Below the pieces are notes generated by a model, which ran no database searches, was not told the DNA's origin, and was given only the letters and a program-made list of their open reading frames with translations. Of a DNA stretch of 64,000 nt, positions 38,151-51,522 are shown in pieces. The stretch is from Octopus bimaculoides. Lineage: Eukaryota. The translations under genes and the position numbers were made by a program. The stretch spans positions 130,657,233 through 130,721,232 of the forward strand of contig NC_068984.1 of NCBI RefSeq assembly GCF_001194135.2, written 5' to 3'. The stretch's first letter is position 1, and every line of letters starts with the position of its first letter.

Positions 38151-39532
38151 TGTCTGTGTCTTTGTTTATCCCTCACCACCACTTGACAACCAATGTTGGT
38201 TTGTTCATGTCTCAGGAACTTAGCAGTTTGGCAAAAAGTGACAGACAGAGTAAGTACCAGGCTGAAAAAAAAAAAAGGAACTGGGGTCGATGCATTCAAC
38301 TAAAAGTTCTTGAAGGCGGTGCCTCTGCATGGCTGCAGTCAAAAGACTGAAACAAACAAAAGGTAAAAGATAAAAGAATCCTCTGAGCATCTATTTCAAT
38401 ATTGCGGCTGAATCTTGGTACAAACTAACTCTCTACCATCCATGATATCAGATCAAACATTCTGATTTCTTATCATGAGGGCTCCAAGATCCAACAGGGA
38501 TAATGGATAGAATGGTCACGCCTAAGAAACTGATATGACTCCCCCCAACATACACACACACACATACTCTGTCAAATATATTTAATTCTGTAAGATATCT
38601 AACAGAATTATATGCATTTAAAACAGTTTCTTGAGCACTGCTAGCTTCTGTCTTTCAGCCACTCTGGTATTTAAAAAATTGCCAAAGCTAAAAACTAGAC
38701 AAAAACTAGACAAGATATTTTGTGAACAATTTCTATGCAAAATTAAATAATTGTTTTTTTAATGTTTTTTAACAAGTTATTTAGACATTAAGTGCCCAGC
38801 CTAGCTTTCTTCAACATGCCATATACTGAGAAAGTTAATGGTTATGCAAAAACAAACAAGAAAAAAAAACAATTAAATTAGTTACACGATAAGTGATATG
38901 CAATAAAAATAAGTTCAAACACATAATTAGTTACATAGTAACATAATTTTTTTTTAAACAAAAGCTTCTTTTTGTTAACTTTTTAGTTAATATTAAGGTC
39001 AAATACTTCCTCCAATTACAGTAACAGAATACGAGACAAACGTGCACTGAATGGAATTCTATTTGTTTCATAGACTTTAGGCATGCTGATCAAAGTTAAG
39101 TGAACACCATTGTCAATTCAAAAAAGACTGTGCCACTAACAATCACTATTATTACATATTCACAAGGAATTCTGTTTTAGGAATATTGGATTTTGAAGCA
39201 CACAATCATATAAGTAATGTTATCAGATTTTGACACAAGTCCAGCAATTTTGGTAGAAGAATAAAGTTGATTACATCTCTAATGCTAAACTTATTTTATT
39301 GCCCCAAAAAGGTAAGAGGCAAAGTGGAACTTGGTGGAATTTGAACTTGGAATGCAAAGACAGATGAAATGCATATATATATATATATATATANNNNNNN
39401 NNNNNNNNNNNNNNNNNNNNNNNNNNNNNNNNNNNNNNNNNNNNNNNNNNNNNNNNNNNNNNNNNNNNNNNNNNNNNNNNNNNNNNNNNNNNNNNNNNNN
39501 NNNNNNNNNNNNNNNNNNNNNNNNNNNNNNNN

Positions 39533-39897
39533 GCATACTCGACAGAGTGTAAGTACCTTGAGAGAAAAGTCGAACCTAAAGAAGCATCAGTTGTGGTGTG
39601 CAAGAGAGACGATTGCGCTGGTATGGTAATGTGGCGAGAATGGATGAGGATAGCTGTGTGAAAAAGTGCTACACCCTAGCAGTTGAGGGAACCTGTGGAA
39701 GAGGTAGACCCAGGAAGATCTGGGATGAGGTGGTGAAGCACAACCTTTGAACATTAGGCCTCACCGAAGCAATGACTTGTGACCGAAACCTTTGGAAATA
39801 TGCTGTGCGTGAGAAGACCCGGCAAGCCAAGTGAGACCACTGCCAGGGGTGTAGCCAGCCCATTTATGCGTACCTTTCCTTCATTGGACACTAAACT
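39533..39897 (+). mobile_element. RTE-clade LINE ORF2 C-terminus and start of 3' UTR
   Basis: RRLRWYGNVARMDED...GRGRPRKIWDEVVK...WKYAVREKTRQAK*, then ccttcattggacactaaactc, shared with family B at ~30915. Confidence 0.85.
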
Positions 39898-40091
39898 CCA
39901 TGAAATCTATAAAATATTAGATTAAAAATTTAAATCAGTTTAGTGAATTTATAAAAACGAAAATGAATGGAAGACTACGTGCGTTTCATGGCCACATAAA
40001 AGTGGAAAATATCTGGTCAATCTACAATGAGTTTTATAAATTTACTAAACTGATTTAAATTTTTAATCTAATATTTCATAAATTTTATGGA
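39897..40091. repeat. Foldback: ~60-bp AT-rich inverted arms, ~72-bp spacer
   Basis: 39898-39958 vs 40031-40090, 4 substitutions plus 1 indel. Confidence 0.9.
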
Positions 40092-41509
40092 TTACAAATT
40101 TTCTCTTGGATCTTTTAGATTTTTAAACTAGTATTTTGTATAGAACGCTTTTCTTGATGGTGTCTGATCTCCTTCATCATTTGAGCTGCACCATGGTGGT
40201 TCTTCTCTAAATTATTAATATATATATATATATATATATGACAGACTTCCACACATTTTCCGTCTAGTAAATTCATTCACTGACATTGATCATCCCAGAG
40301 CTATAATAGAAGACACATGTCTAAGATACTGCACAGTGGGACTGAACCTGAAATCATGTGGCTGCAAAGCAAGCTTCTAGCCACACAGCCATGCTTGTGC
40401 CTATGTCAGTAACATTCAGAGCTTGTGACAGAAACAGAAGATCCGCTAACCATTGCCAAAATATGAGTAAACTGAGGCAAAATTAATGTTAACATGAAGC
40501 ACTCAACTCAAATGAATAACAAAATACCTATAATGGATTTGAACTCAATACCCATAATCTAGTAGTCCAATACTATATACACCAACCAAGCCATTCTGCT
40601 TTTTCAGTCTGAGTGGCCTAAAAGACATGGAATAGTTAAAAGGCATGAAATAGCACTGTCCTGCCTTCTCAGATTAATTAAATTAAGAAGATATCCAGCT
40701 GAGTGTGAAATAAGAAGATACCAAAATAAATATAAAATGAATTTCAAAAAAAATTGTTTCTTGACATTACTGCGATACAATTTTAGCTGAATACTTGTCA
40801 GCTAGAAGCAGTTGTTTGCTATATCCTAAATACACGTCCTATTGTGCTTCAACTGCAGAATATTGTAAATTGAAAGAAACAGCATTTCTACCTAAACTGC
40901 AGCACTAACTCACACAGTAAGACAACAACCATATTTCACTTAATGTAATTAAATTTTCCCAGTTATTGATTCCCAAGTAAAATAGGTTGATGAAGGAGTT
41001 ATAGCTTGTTGGTTGTTAGGTTCAATTCTGAATGCCTCCAATTATTGATTCAAAGAAAATAGGTTGACGGTTCCACAGAAAAGTGAGGGAGTTAGGACTT
41101 GGTCTGTGGTTTGGTTTTTTTTGGTTCAGTTATCATGAATAGCTCCATTTATTGATTATGATAAAATAGTAGTTGGGTGGTTTCATAAGCAGAGTTAGGA
41201 TCTGGTGCAAGTGAGGTTAATCCTGAATTAACATCATTTAATAAATACAAAAAAAAAAAAAATAGGGTTTTCAAAGCGGTAGTGAAGTTTGTCAGGATGG
41301 TGGGAGCTAAAAACATCTCTAGAAAGATGAAGTTAAGATGCTATATTCACGGAAAGCTTCTCAGTTGGGATTAGAATATCATTGAAGGGTCATCGAAAGA
41401 GTAACAGGATAAAGGTGTTGGTAGAGAGGATATGTACCTAGCGAGTTCAGAGGAATATGAGCCTGGATCTAAATATCATTTATCGATAAGGAGAAGACAC
41501 ATTAAAAGA

Positions 41510-41905
41510 TACATGGCTGTATGGTTGAGACACTTTGCAACCATGCGGTTTCGGTTTCAGTCCCACTCCACAGCACCTTGGCCAAGTATCTGCTATCATA
41601 GGTTGACTAATGCCTTCTGATTGAATATGGAAGATGGAAACTGTGCAGAAGTCCTTCATATGTCCATATGCATATGTGGCATGTCTTTGTATTTGTACCC
41701 TACTTGTGCTTGATAACTGGTGTTTGTTTGTTTGTTTCCATCCCTGTAGCTCAGCAGTTCAGAAAAAGAGAATAGTAGCATAAGTATCAGACTTTAAAAA
41801 AAAATAAGAACTGGGGTTAATCTGTTTGACAAAACCCTTCAAGGTGCTGCTCCAGCAGAGCCACAGTCCAATGACTGAGACAAGTAATGAAACAAGAAAA
41901 AAAAA
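41510..41905 (+). mobile_element. SINE family A, old
   Basis: Diverged but collinear. Confidence 0.75.
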
Positions 41906-42059
41906 AAAATGAAAATTGATAACACCCTTCACTAAAGGGTGAAGTGAGTTAAGTTATACTGAAAGACAACTTTAGAAGATGGCTCACAGTAACATCATTC
42001 TATCGGCCGTGCTTGCATGCATTAGATAAAATTTGTTAAGGCAGGTTCTTTTTTACAGC

Positions 42060-42360
42060 CAAGCACCTTTTGAGCGTTGAGCCTCACGGAGGCAATGACA
42101 ATTCACTAAGGCCTTTGGCAATATGCTGTGCTTGAGAAGACCCCTCAAGCCAAGTGAAATCGTAGTTGTGGCACATACTAGTGGCATGCAAAAACACCCA
42201 TTACACTCTCAGGGTAGTTGGCATTAGGAAGAGCATCCGGCCATAGAAACCATGCCAAATCAGACAGGAGTCTGGTGTAGCTCCTCACCTTACTATCCCT
42301 CGTCGAACTGTCCAACTCATGCCAGCATGGACAACGGACGTTAAATGAAGATGATGATGC
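42060..42360 (+). mobile_element. RTE LINE 3' end (ORF2 end joined to shared tail)
   Basis: gaggcaatgac...aatatgctgtgcttgagaagaccc..caagccaagtga homologous to 39770-39835, then the family B/C tail and (GAT)n. Confidence 0.7.
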
Positions 42361-43033
42361 TTTTGCTAATATTCAATTGTTCCCAAGTAAGACAATGTTT
42401 CCTTTCATTCTTTGAACATAAGCAGTACAATGGCCAGAGATGTTTTCAAGGAATACTGTAAATGAACAGCAAAATGATGACAACATTTCCTTACATCAAG
42501 CATGAGCTGTCCAAGACTATAGTAGAAGACACTTACCCAAGGTACCATACAATGGGACTGAACCCAAAACTACGTGGTTGGGAAGCAAACTTTGTCCCAT
42601 ACAGCCATGCCTGCATTAATGTTTTTTCTCAATTTCTTACCTTTTTTTTGTCTTGTATTAAAAGAAAGAAAGAATTCTAGATCTTGTAACTGCCAAAATG
42701 TGATTGTCTTTTCAGCTAAATTTTGGCTTACATCCAATTGGTTTGAACTTAGGAAAGGTTAAGCATTTAACTCATTAGCCAAATACATTTAAAAATGTCA
42801 TGATCACAACCGACCCTAATTTATAATTACTTAACTAATTAACATGACACATCAATGCTATTAAGTCTGTGTGTTCTTTGTAAAACCAAAAGGAAATTAA
42901 AACTAGATTAAATAATACAGAACAGCAGTATGATGGATTTGTCAGCATGTTGGTCAGCATGTCCCTTTCATGTATTTCACTAAAAATATCACAGGCCTGA
43001 TGTAACACAATACATACGCATATAATTAATATA

Positions 43034-43075
<42 letters not shown>

Positions 43076-43127
43076 TAACATTATAATATGAGGAAGAAAG
43101 GAAGACCGACCTCAGATCAAGCTACTT

Positions 43128-43209
43128 TGGCCGTGTGCATGATCAAACCAACCGCGTGGTTGATTCGATCATGCACATGGCCATTAATTAACATTACAAT
43201 GTTAATTAA
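43128..43209. repeat. Two adjacent palindromes (26-bp and 12-bp stems)
   Basis: 43128-43183 and 43184-43209 checked base by base. Confidence 0.92.
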
Positions 43210-43377
43210 AATTTATTCACGGAATTAATAATAATATTAATAATAATAATAATTCTTTCTACTATAGGCACAAGGCCTAAAATTTTTAGGGAGAGGATAA
43301 GTTGATTATATCGATCCCAGTACTTATCTGGTACTTATTCTATCCACCCCAAAAAGATGAACAGCAAAGTTGACCCT

Positions 43378-43568
43378 GGGCCCCACCTGCAAGGTCATGC
43401 ACTGTTTATCTTGATATGAGATCATTATGTTGTGCACATATGGTTGTGATGCATGTGCCTGGTGTACCCTTATCAGATGAGTAGTCATGATGGGTATACT
43501 GGGCTTCGTATATTTGTAGCCCTGTCTCACTTTGATGGCATGCACTGCTCTCTCACTCAATAATGACA

Positions 43569-43608
<40 letters not shown>

Positions 43609-44185
43609 TAATAATAATAATAAATGCCCTGATGCAGTACCAGGCAGTAGTTCTCATGGCTTCTGATCTTAACTGACTGGAAGTGTTATCATGTACATGT
43701 TTTGTCTTGGTGTAAAAGATAGGCTACACCAAATATTCTGCTCAATACCACAGATTTGCTTGTCAGTTGCTTGACCTTAACCAGTTGAGCATGTCCCTTG
43801 GTGGCTGACGATATGTGCATCTCTGATCATGAGCAGAAGTAGTGGGGGAGCACCATAGCCATGTGTTGAGAGGAATTCTTTGGGGTTTGAATAATTCACT
43901 TCTGGAAACATGGGTGTTTCATTTATCATCCTTTAGGCAACTCTTATTCAGGGACCTTTCGAGTGGGATGGGCTACTTGACCTGAAAAAAATTCTAACTA
44001 GGTCCCACCTGCAAGGTCATGTGCTGTTTATCTTGATATGAGAACACCATGTCACACACATATGGTTGTGATGCATGTACCTGGTGTACCCTTATCAGAC
44101 GGGTAGTCATGATGGGTATACTGGGCTTCGTATATTTTACCCCAGTGTCACTTTGATGGCATGCACTGCTCTCTCACTCAATAAA
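43378..44185. repeat. ~560-bp interspersed repeat (43622-44185) preceded by a truncated copy of its right end (43378-43562), separated by (AAT)n
   Basis: Direct repeat cccacctgcaaggtcatg...ctctctcactcaataa at both sites. Confidence 0.85.
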
Positions 44186-44204
44186 TAATAATAATAATAA
44201 TCTT

Positions 44205-44410
44205 TTCTAGTATACACACAAAGTCTGAAACTTTGAGGGAGGGGGATAGTCAATTACATCGACCCCAATATACAACTAGTACTTATTTTATTGATCCCAA
44301 CCCCACAAAGAATGAAAAGCAAAGTCGACACTAGCAGTATTTGAGTTCAGAATGTAAAGTTGGAAGAAATGCTGCTAATCATTTTTCCCAGCACAGTAAC
44401 AATTCTGCCT
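44205..44410 (-). mobile_element. SINE family D
   Basis: Collinear with 8965-9195. Confidence 0.72.
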
Positions 44411-45077
44411 GCTCACCACCATAACAACGACGATGATGATGATGTATTTATATGGGTACATCATAAAGCCAAATATTTACCAGAGAATAGAAAACAGGTC
44501 ACACTGAAGATTGAGACTTTTCTAAGTTTATTATTATTTATTCACAACAGTGACAATACGTGTTTCTCTGTTGTGAAGCTCAACCCAAATCCTGCACAAC
44601 AAATCCCCCTACAGTCATAAAAAAGCGGGGACAATGTGATATTACATACAATGTGATATTAATGAAGAAATTTGTCAAGAGACAGCCAATACTCAAGACT
44701 TAAATCTGGATTTATTTAGGTGGAACAGAGTAAGGTGCTTAGAGCTGAGATTAAGGTGCTCGCATAAGGAATTGATTCTGTATAATGTATAAATGTATTA
44801 CAGGGAAGCTTTAGGAAGGCTTATTGTTTGGTATTATGAACACTTATAAAATAAGAAATTTCCTCTCAAGCTAACAAGGAAATTATATTGTTAGCTATTT
44901 GGTCATGATTGTTTACTGAAGTTAAGGAAGATGAGGAGTGGTAATTTGGTGTAGTAGTAGTAGTGGTGGTGGTGGTGGTAGCAGCAGTGGTGATGGTGGT
45001 GGTTATTGTTGGTGTAGTGTGGTTGGTGGGAGTAAGTAGTTGTTGTACAAGTGGTTGTGGTGGTAATGGTGGTGGTT

Positions 45078-45131
<54 letters not shown>

Positions 45132-45593
45132 ATTAATGACTGCAGTGGTAGTGGTGGTGGTGATGTTCATGACAATACTGATNNNNNNNNNNNNNNNNNN
45201 NNNNNNNNNNNNNNNNNNNNNNNNNNNNNNNNNNNNNNNNNNNNNNNNNNNNNNNNNNNNNNNNNNNNNNNNNNNNNNNNNNNNNNNNNNNNNNNNNNNN
45301 NNNNNNNNNNNNNNNNNNNNNNNNNNNNNNNNNNNNNNNNNNNNNNNNNNNNNNNNNNNNNNNNNNNNNNNNNNNNNNNNNNNNNNNNNNNNNNNNNNNN
45401 NNNNNNNNNNNNNNNNNNNNNNNNNNNNNNNNNNNNNNNNNNNNNNNNNNNNNNNNNNNNNNNNNNNNNNNNNNNNNNNNNNNNNNNNNNNNGGTAGCAG
45501 CAGTGGTGATGGTGGTGGTTATTGTTGGTGTAGTGTGGTTGGTGGGAGTAAGTAGTTGTTGTACAAGTGGTTGTGGTGGTAATGGTGGTGGTT

Positions 45594-45647
<54 letters not shown>

Positions 45648-46282
45648 ATTAATGACTGCAGTGGTAGTGGTGGTGGTGATGTTCATGACAATACTGATGG
45701 TGGTGTTAGTGATATTGGTGGAGGGTAGAAGTTGCAGTAGTAGAAACGGTGGTGTTAGTATTAGTAGCAATAGTGTTGATAGCCAAGTAAGTCACTGCGG
45801 TGATGATAGTCAGAGTGGTAGAATTAATGTCATCTGTTGCAAAGCAGCAGCAGCAGCAGGATGAAACTGGTGCTATCACCACCATCACAACCACCACTAT
45901 CATCACTTTTATCAGAACCATCAGTTTAACATCGGCCCAGTTTCAGTCTTCCACTGCATAGATGCTAAATGGATAGTAAGGATCAACAGACTAACAAAAC
46001 CATCATGCATCTTTATTAGATATTAAGGAATTTTCAGTCCCAAATCTTTCTGTGGCTTCCCTCTGTCCTTCTCCAGTTACTCTCCACTCAAAATACATGG
46101 AATTGGAACTCCTTCTCTTAGCACTCCTTTCCTTTATCATCTCAATGGGGAAACTAAACATGTCTGCCATGCTATTAGAGACCTTCCTACATTGGAGATT
46201 TTTACGTATGACAAACATTTTAAACTTCTGACAGCTTTTCTAAAAATTTCTACTTATTGAGTCAATGATAAGGCCTCTACAT

Positions 46283-46565
46283 AGTCACCCAACTAGCTGG
46301 AAATGGCAGCTGAATCTTCAGCTTGCACCCTAGCATTTTGGCTTTGAGTCCATTGCTTGTAATGTGATATTCACAAGTCACTCAACTAGCTGGAAATAAC
46401 AGCCAAATCTTATCTTCAATTTGCATGCACCTGACCATTTTAGCTTTGAATCCATTGCTTCTACATGTGGAACTCATAAATCATTCAACCTGCTGGAAAT
46501 AGCAGCCAAATCTACAACTAGCAATTTGGGCTTGAGTCCATTGCTTACAAACATGACATTCACAA
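46283..46565. repeat. ~95-bp tandem x3
   Basis: caactagctggaaat...gagtccattgctt repeated three times. Confidence 0.85.
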
Positions 46566-47489
46566 CATATACATCAATAGATGAATAACATAAAAAACAT
46601 CATTTATGTTTTTGCTTTGCAAGATTCCTGACATGAAACCATGTGTTGGGAATGGTCATATTTTGCCAATAAACATACATGCAACAAGAGGAGACATGTA
46701 GGATAAAGAGTTGCTGAAGAGGTCATAAGATGTATGAAGAAAGGGCTTTGACAAAGAAACAAAAATAATGAAAGTAAAGGTGAAATAAAAACCAAACCTA
46801 TAGGGTATGTATGTGTTTACTGGCCAAATATGACCATCCCAAGGTATAACAATAAGAAACATCTTTCTACTTTCTCCCTTAGACATTAACACACCACATA
46901 CATTGATAATAAGGGCATTGCTGAATGCCTAAACCAATTATGGGCAAATTATGGCCCATGGATTGCATGTGGCTTGTAAGAATTTCTGAATGGCATGGTC
47001 AATGAAAAATTACCTTGAATTTTTTTATTTTAATAGTGTGACCTGCCTGATGATGAATCATGTCTTATGTGGCCTGCTTCTCAAAAAGGGTCACCCATGC
47101 CTGGCCTAAATACTCAAGAAAATGTCTGTTGCTGACCTGCAGCACCCCAAGATCTGTGAGCAAATATTTCAAAAGCACTATGGCTACACAACCATTCGTT
47201 TCAACTGTTTCACATCCATTCTTCCATGCTTTCCCAGGAGCAACTGTTTTTGCATAATGATAGGTGCAGGCATGGCTGTGGGGTTAACAAGCTTGCTTCC
47301 CAACCATGTGGTCTTGGGTTCAGTTCTTCAGCATAGCAAGTGTCTTGTACTATGTTTGACTTTGTCTTTCATTCTTTGAGAGGTTTCGATGAAATAAGTA
47401 CTGGTTGAGCACTGAAATAGATGTAATCGACTAACTTCCTGCCAACAAATTTCAGGTCTTGCGCCTATAGTAGAAAGGATTATTAAACA

Positions 47490-47680
47490 AGTGATGTTGT
47501 TCACTGCCAGTCTTCCATGGAAAACATGTAAAGCTATGGGAAAATATTACCTTGCTTGGAAACAGAAGAGAGTTGGTGACGGCCATAGAAAATCTGCCTC
47601 AATCAATTGTCTAACCTATGCAAGCATGGAAAAGTGAATGTTAAATGAAGATGATGATGATGACGATAATGACAATGATA
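47490..47680 (+). mobile_element. Family C
   Basis: Same motif set, (GAT)n tail. Confidence 0.75.
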
Positions 47681-48174
47681 TACTATAACTCATTAGCTTT
47701 CTACTATATTCACCACAACCTCTTCATCTACAGAAGCCTACATTCAAGTCTACAGTGATGAGATTGTCCTTCCACAGAAAGAATTTCAGAAACCAAACCC
47801 ATTAATCTCATTGTTTGCAGCCAGTCACATGTTCTTACAATCCTCTCAACCTTTCAAGAGGTTCTCAAGAAGTCTTTAAGTGGAAGCAAAATATTGTACT
47901 TGGAGTACGATGATGGGATGCTGTGAGAAATTACAGTTTGGTCAACCAAACTTAAAACTCTAGTGCAATGATCAAAGAGGTCTTTACTAGAGTTTAGTAA
48001 AAGTTGCAAACAGCTAGATACTAATGGCTACTACAGACCATCCTAGTTATATACATATACATTCAAACTACCTTGTGCACATGCACAAAACATACATACA
48101 GTGCATGTACATACACACACATTTTTATTTACATATCCACTAATTTGAAATAGTTCCTTATAATTCCTTATGAG

Positions 48175-48709
<535 letters not shown>

Positions 48710-48801
48710 GATGCAATATACTTCAGCTAAATATATATCTTTATATCTACATCTACACACACACACACACACATATATTCAATAAATTCTCAGTTATTTA
48801 C

Positions 48802-48906
48802 CTACTGTTGTTGACAGTAGAAATAATATTTTCACAAATTTGATTTGAGGGAGATTCACTTGCTATTTTGAACAGGTCAAGCAACCACTTACAAGCTTCC
48901 TTGTCA
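48802..48906 (-). CDS. Candidate 105-nt exon (DKEACKWLLDLFKIASESPSNQICENIISTVNNS)
   Basis: Acceptor ttttgactacattattcag, donor TAG|GTAAAT; fills most of a ~145-bp unique island between repeats; phase 2-2. Confidence 0.45.
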
Positions 48907-50211
48907 CTGAATAATGTAGTCAAAAGATAAATCATCATCATTTTAACATCAACTTTACCTTGCTTGCATGGGTTAAACAATTCGCAGAGGCATGTTTTCT
49001 ACAACTGGATGCTTTCCCTGTCACTAACCTTCACAAATTTATGCTTTAACAAAAACTTAGAAATGAAGGACAGTGCTTGTATGACAATTGTTTACAACTT
49101 ATCTGGTAATGTCTAGAGAAGAAGGTAGACACACATGCACACACAGGCAAATTTGACACCACATAAGTTTTATGGATCTAGAACACATCCAGTCATCAGC
49201 TGCTCAGAGTCCCAGAACATCTAATGAGTGTTCTGTGCCCATGAAACTAAAGACAATGTGGAGGTGAGTCAAACTGTTATTAAATACATCTAACTATTTT
49301 CTTTCATTTCTTAATATATATATATATATATATAAAGAGAGAGAGGGAGTAAGAGAGAGACAGACAGAGGAGAGTGAGTGGGTGAACAAATGAATGAAAG
49401 TAGCACTCAAGATTTTCAGTTGGATTTGTACTATATATATATATATATNNNNNNNNNNNNNNNNNNNNNNNNNNNNNNNNNNNNNNNNNNNNNNNNNNNN
49501 NNNNNNNNNNNNNNNNNNNNNNNNNNNNNNNNNNNNNNNNNNNNNNNNNNNNNNNNNNNNNNNNNNNNNNNNNNNNNNNNNNNNNNNNNNNNNNNNNNNN
49601 NNNNNNNNNNNNNNNNNNNNNNNNNNNNNNNNNNNNNNNNNNNNNNNNNNNNNNNNNNNNNNNNNNNNNNNNNNNNNNNNNNNNNNNNNNNNNNNNNNNN
49701 NNNNNNNNNNNNNNNNNNNNNNNNNNNNNNNNNNNNNNNNNNNNNNNNNNNNNNNNNNNNNNNNNNNNNNNNNNNNNNNNNNNNNNNNNNNNNNNNNNNN
49801 NNNNNNNNNNNNNNNNNNNNNNNNNNNNNNNNNNNNNNNNNNNNNNNNNNNNNNNNNNNNNNNNNNNNNNNNNNNNNNNNNNNNNNNNNNNNNNNNNNNN
49901 NNNNNNNNNNNNNNNNNNNNNNNNNNNNNNNNNNNNNNNNNNNNNNNNNNNNNNNNNNNNNNNNNNNNNNNNNNNNNNNNNNNNNNNNNNNNNNNNNNNN
50001 NNNNNNNNATATATGTGTGTGTATGAGTATATAGATATATGTATGTATGTATGTATGTGTATATGTATGTATATATATGTGCATATGCATGTGTATGTGC
50101 ATATGCATGTGTATATATGTGTGTGTGCATATAAGTATGTATGCATATATGTATGTATATGCCTATGTATATGTATTAATAGCTCTTTCGGTTTTGTATT
50201 TAATTTGCTTA

Positions 50212-50390
50212 TATATATATTTCAATTTTTTTTCTCCGTGTTTTTCTCCTTGTCTCCGTATTCTTTCTGTTGAAGAGCGTAGCTCGAAACGTCAAAGACT
50301 TTCCGTATTCCCGAGCGTCATACTAATATATACTTTTGTTATTTACACCACCTGTCCTCGTCTGTTGTTATTATTTGTATATTCTCCCAT
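50212..50390 (+). mobile_element. Short non-autonomous element H1 with hammerhead-like motif (Penelope-like pLTR candidate)
   Basis: ~180 bp flanked by (TA)n; inverted homologue at 51272-51430. Confidence 0.7.
50262..50298 (+). ncRNA. Minimal type-I hammerhead ribozyme-like motif (variant core CUGUUGA)
   Basis: TCTTT-CTGTTGA-A-GAGC(GTA)GCTC-GAAA-C-GTC-AAAGA: helix I 5 bp, helix II 4 bp, palindromic ACGT helix III, GUC cleavage triplet. Confidence 0.55.
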
Positions 50391-50932
50391 ATATATATAT
50401 ATATATGCGCACATAAGGCGTATATATGTCTGTGAGTATGTAAGAGTGAGTGTGTGTTCATACGTATGTGTGCATGTATGATATATGAATACACAAAAGC
50501 CCACACAATGCTTGTTGCATTCCACTTGTCCATGTTCCAGGTATTATACACATGTAAGTAGATCGACAAAAGAGGTCTGTAACAAAGGAGTGAAAGGACG
50601 TTAAGTCCTCTTGTAAAGTAGTCTTCTGTAGAAAAGTGGAACAAATGGAATTAGCAGAAGATGCTGGCTAACAGACAGAATGTCTCAGTTTTTTTTTCCT
50701 TCTTCTCCTTACTCTTTCTCCTCATTTACACACACACACACACACACACGCAGAGTCGCATTCATTGTGGCATGACAACTTCAAGTTATCTGCAGATCCT
50801 GTGCAACTTTTGCTTTTCCTCAACCCATACCCATAACTTCAGACATCCTTACACGTATACAGAAAAGATACATAAATACATCTATCTATCCATCTGTCTA
50901 CCTATCTATCTATCTATATGTATGTATGTATG

Positions 50933-51051
<119 letters not shown>

Positions 51052-51110
51052 NNNNNNNNNNATATATACATATATATATGATATATGATGATGATATATA
51101 TGTGTGTGTG

Positions 51111-51159
<49 letters not shown>

Positions 51160-51271
51160 ATCTATCTATCTATCTATATATATATATATATATGTGTATA
51201 TATCTATCTATATATATATGTGTGTGTGTATATATATCTATCTATATATATATATATGTGTGTATATATAT

Positions 51272-51430
51272 ATATGGGAGAATTTACGAAAAAAAACAAC
51301 AACAGACGAGGACAGGTGGTGTAAACAACAAAATGATGTATTAGTTTAATGCTCGAGAATAGAGAAAGTCTTTAAGGTTTCGAGCTACGCTCTTCAACAG
51401 AAAGAAATAAGGAGAAAAACAAGGAGAAAA
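51272..51430 (-). mobile_element. Second H1 copy, inverted
   Basis: Reverse complement matches 50230-50390; motif at 51369-51405 reads ttcttt CTGTTGA A GAGC GTA GCTC GAAAC CTT aaagac. Confidence 0.7.
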
Positions 51431-51522
51431 ACAGTCCAGAATGAATAAATCCAGAATGAAAGAAGGTAGAATCCAGAAGTTCGTGTTTGATGAGTAGAGA
51501 CAGGATTAGCTGGTGATGCATA

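Noticed and set aside
44975-45695. Identical ~205-bp direct repeat on both sides of a gap (also 33455-33506 vs 33667-33718)
   Set aside because: Typical unmerged contig overlap; treated as assembly artefact
46000-47950. Possible further LINE fossils at 46000-46220, 47700-47950 (also 41280-41490)
   Set aside because: Only vague peptide resemblance; not supportable without a search
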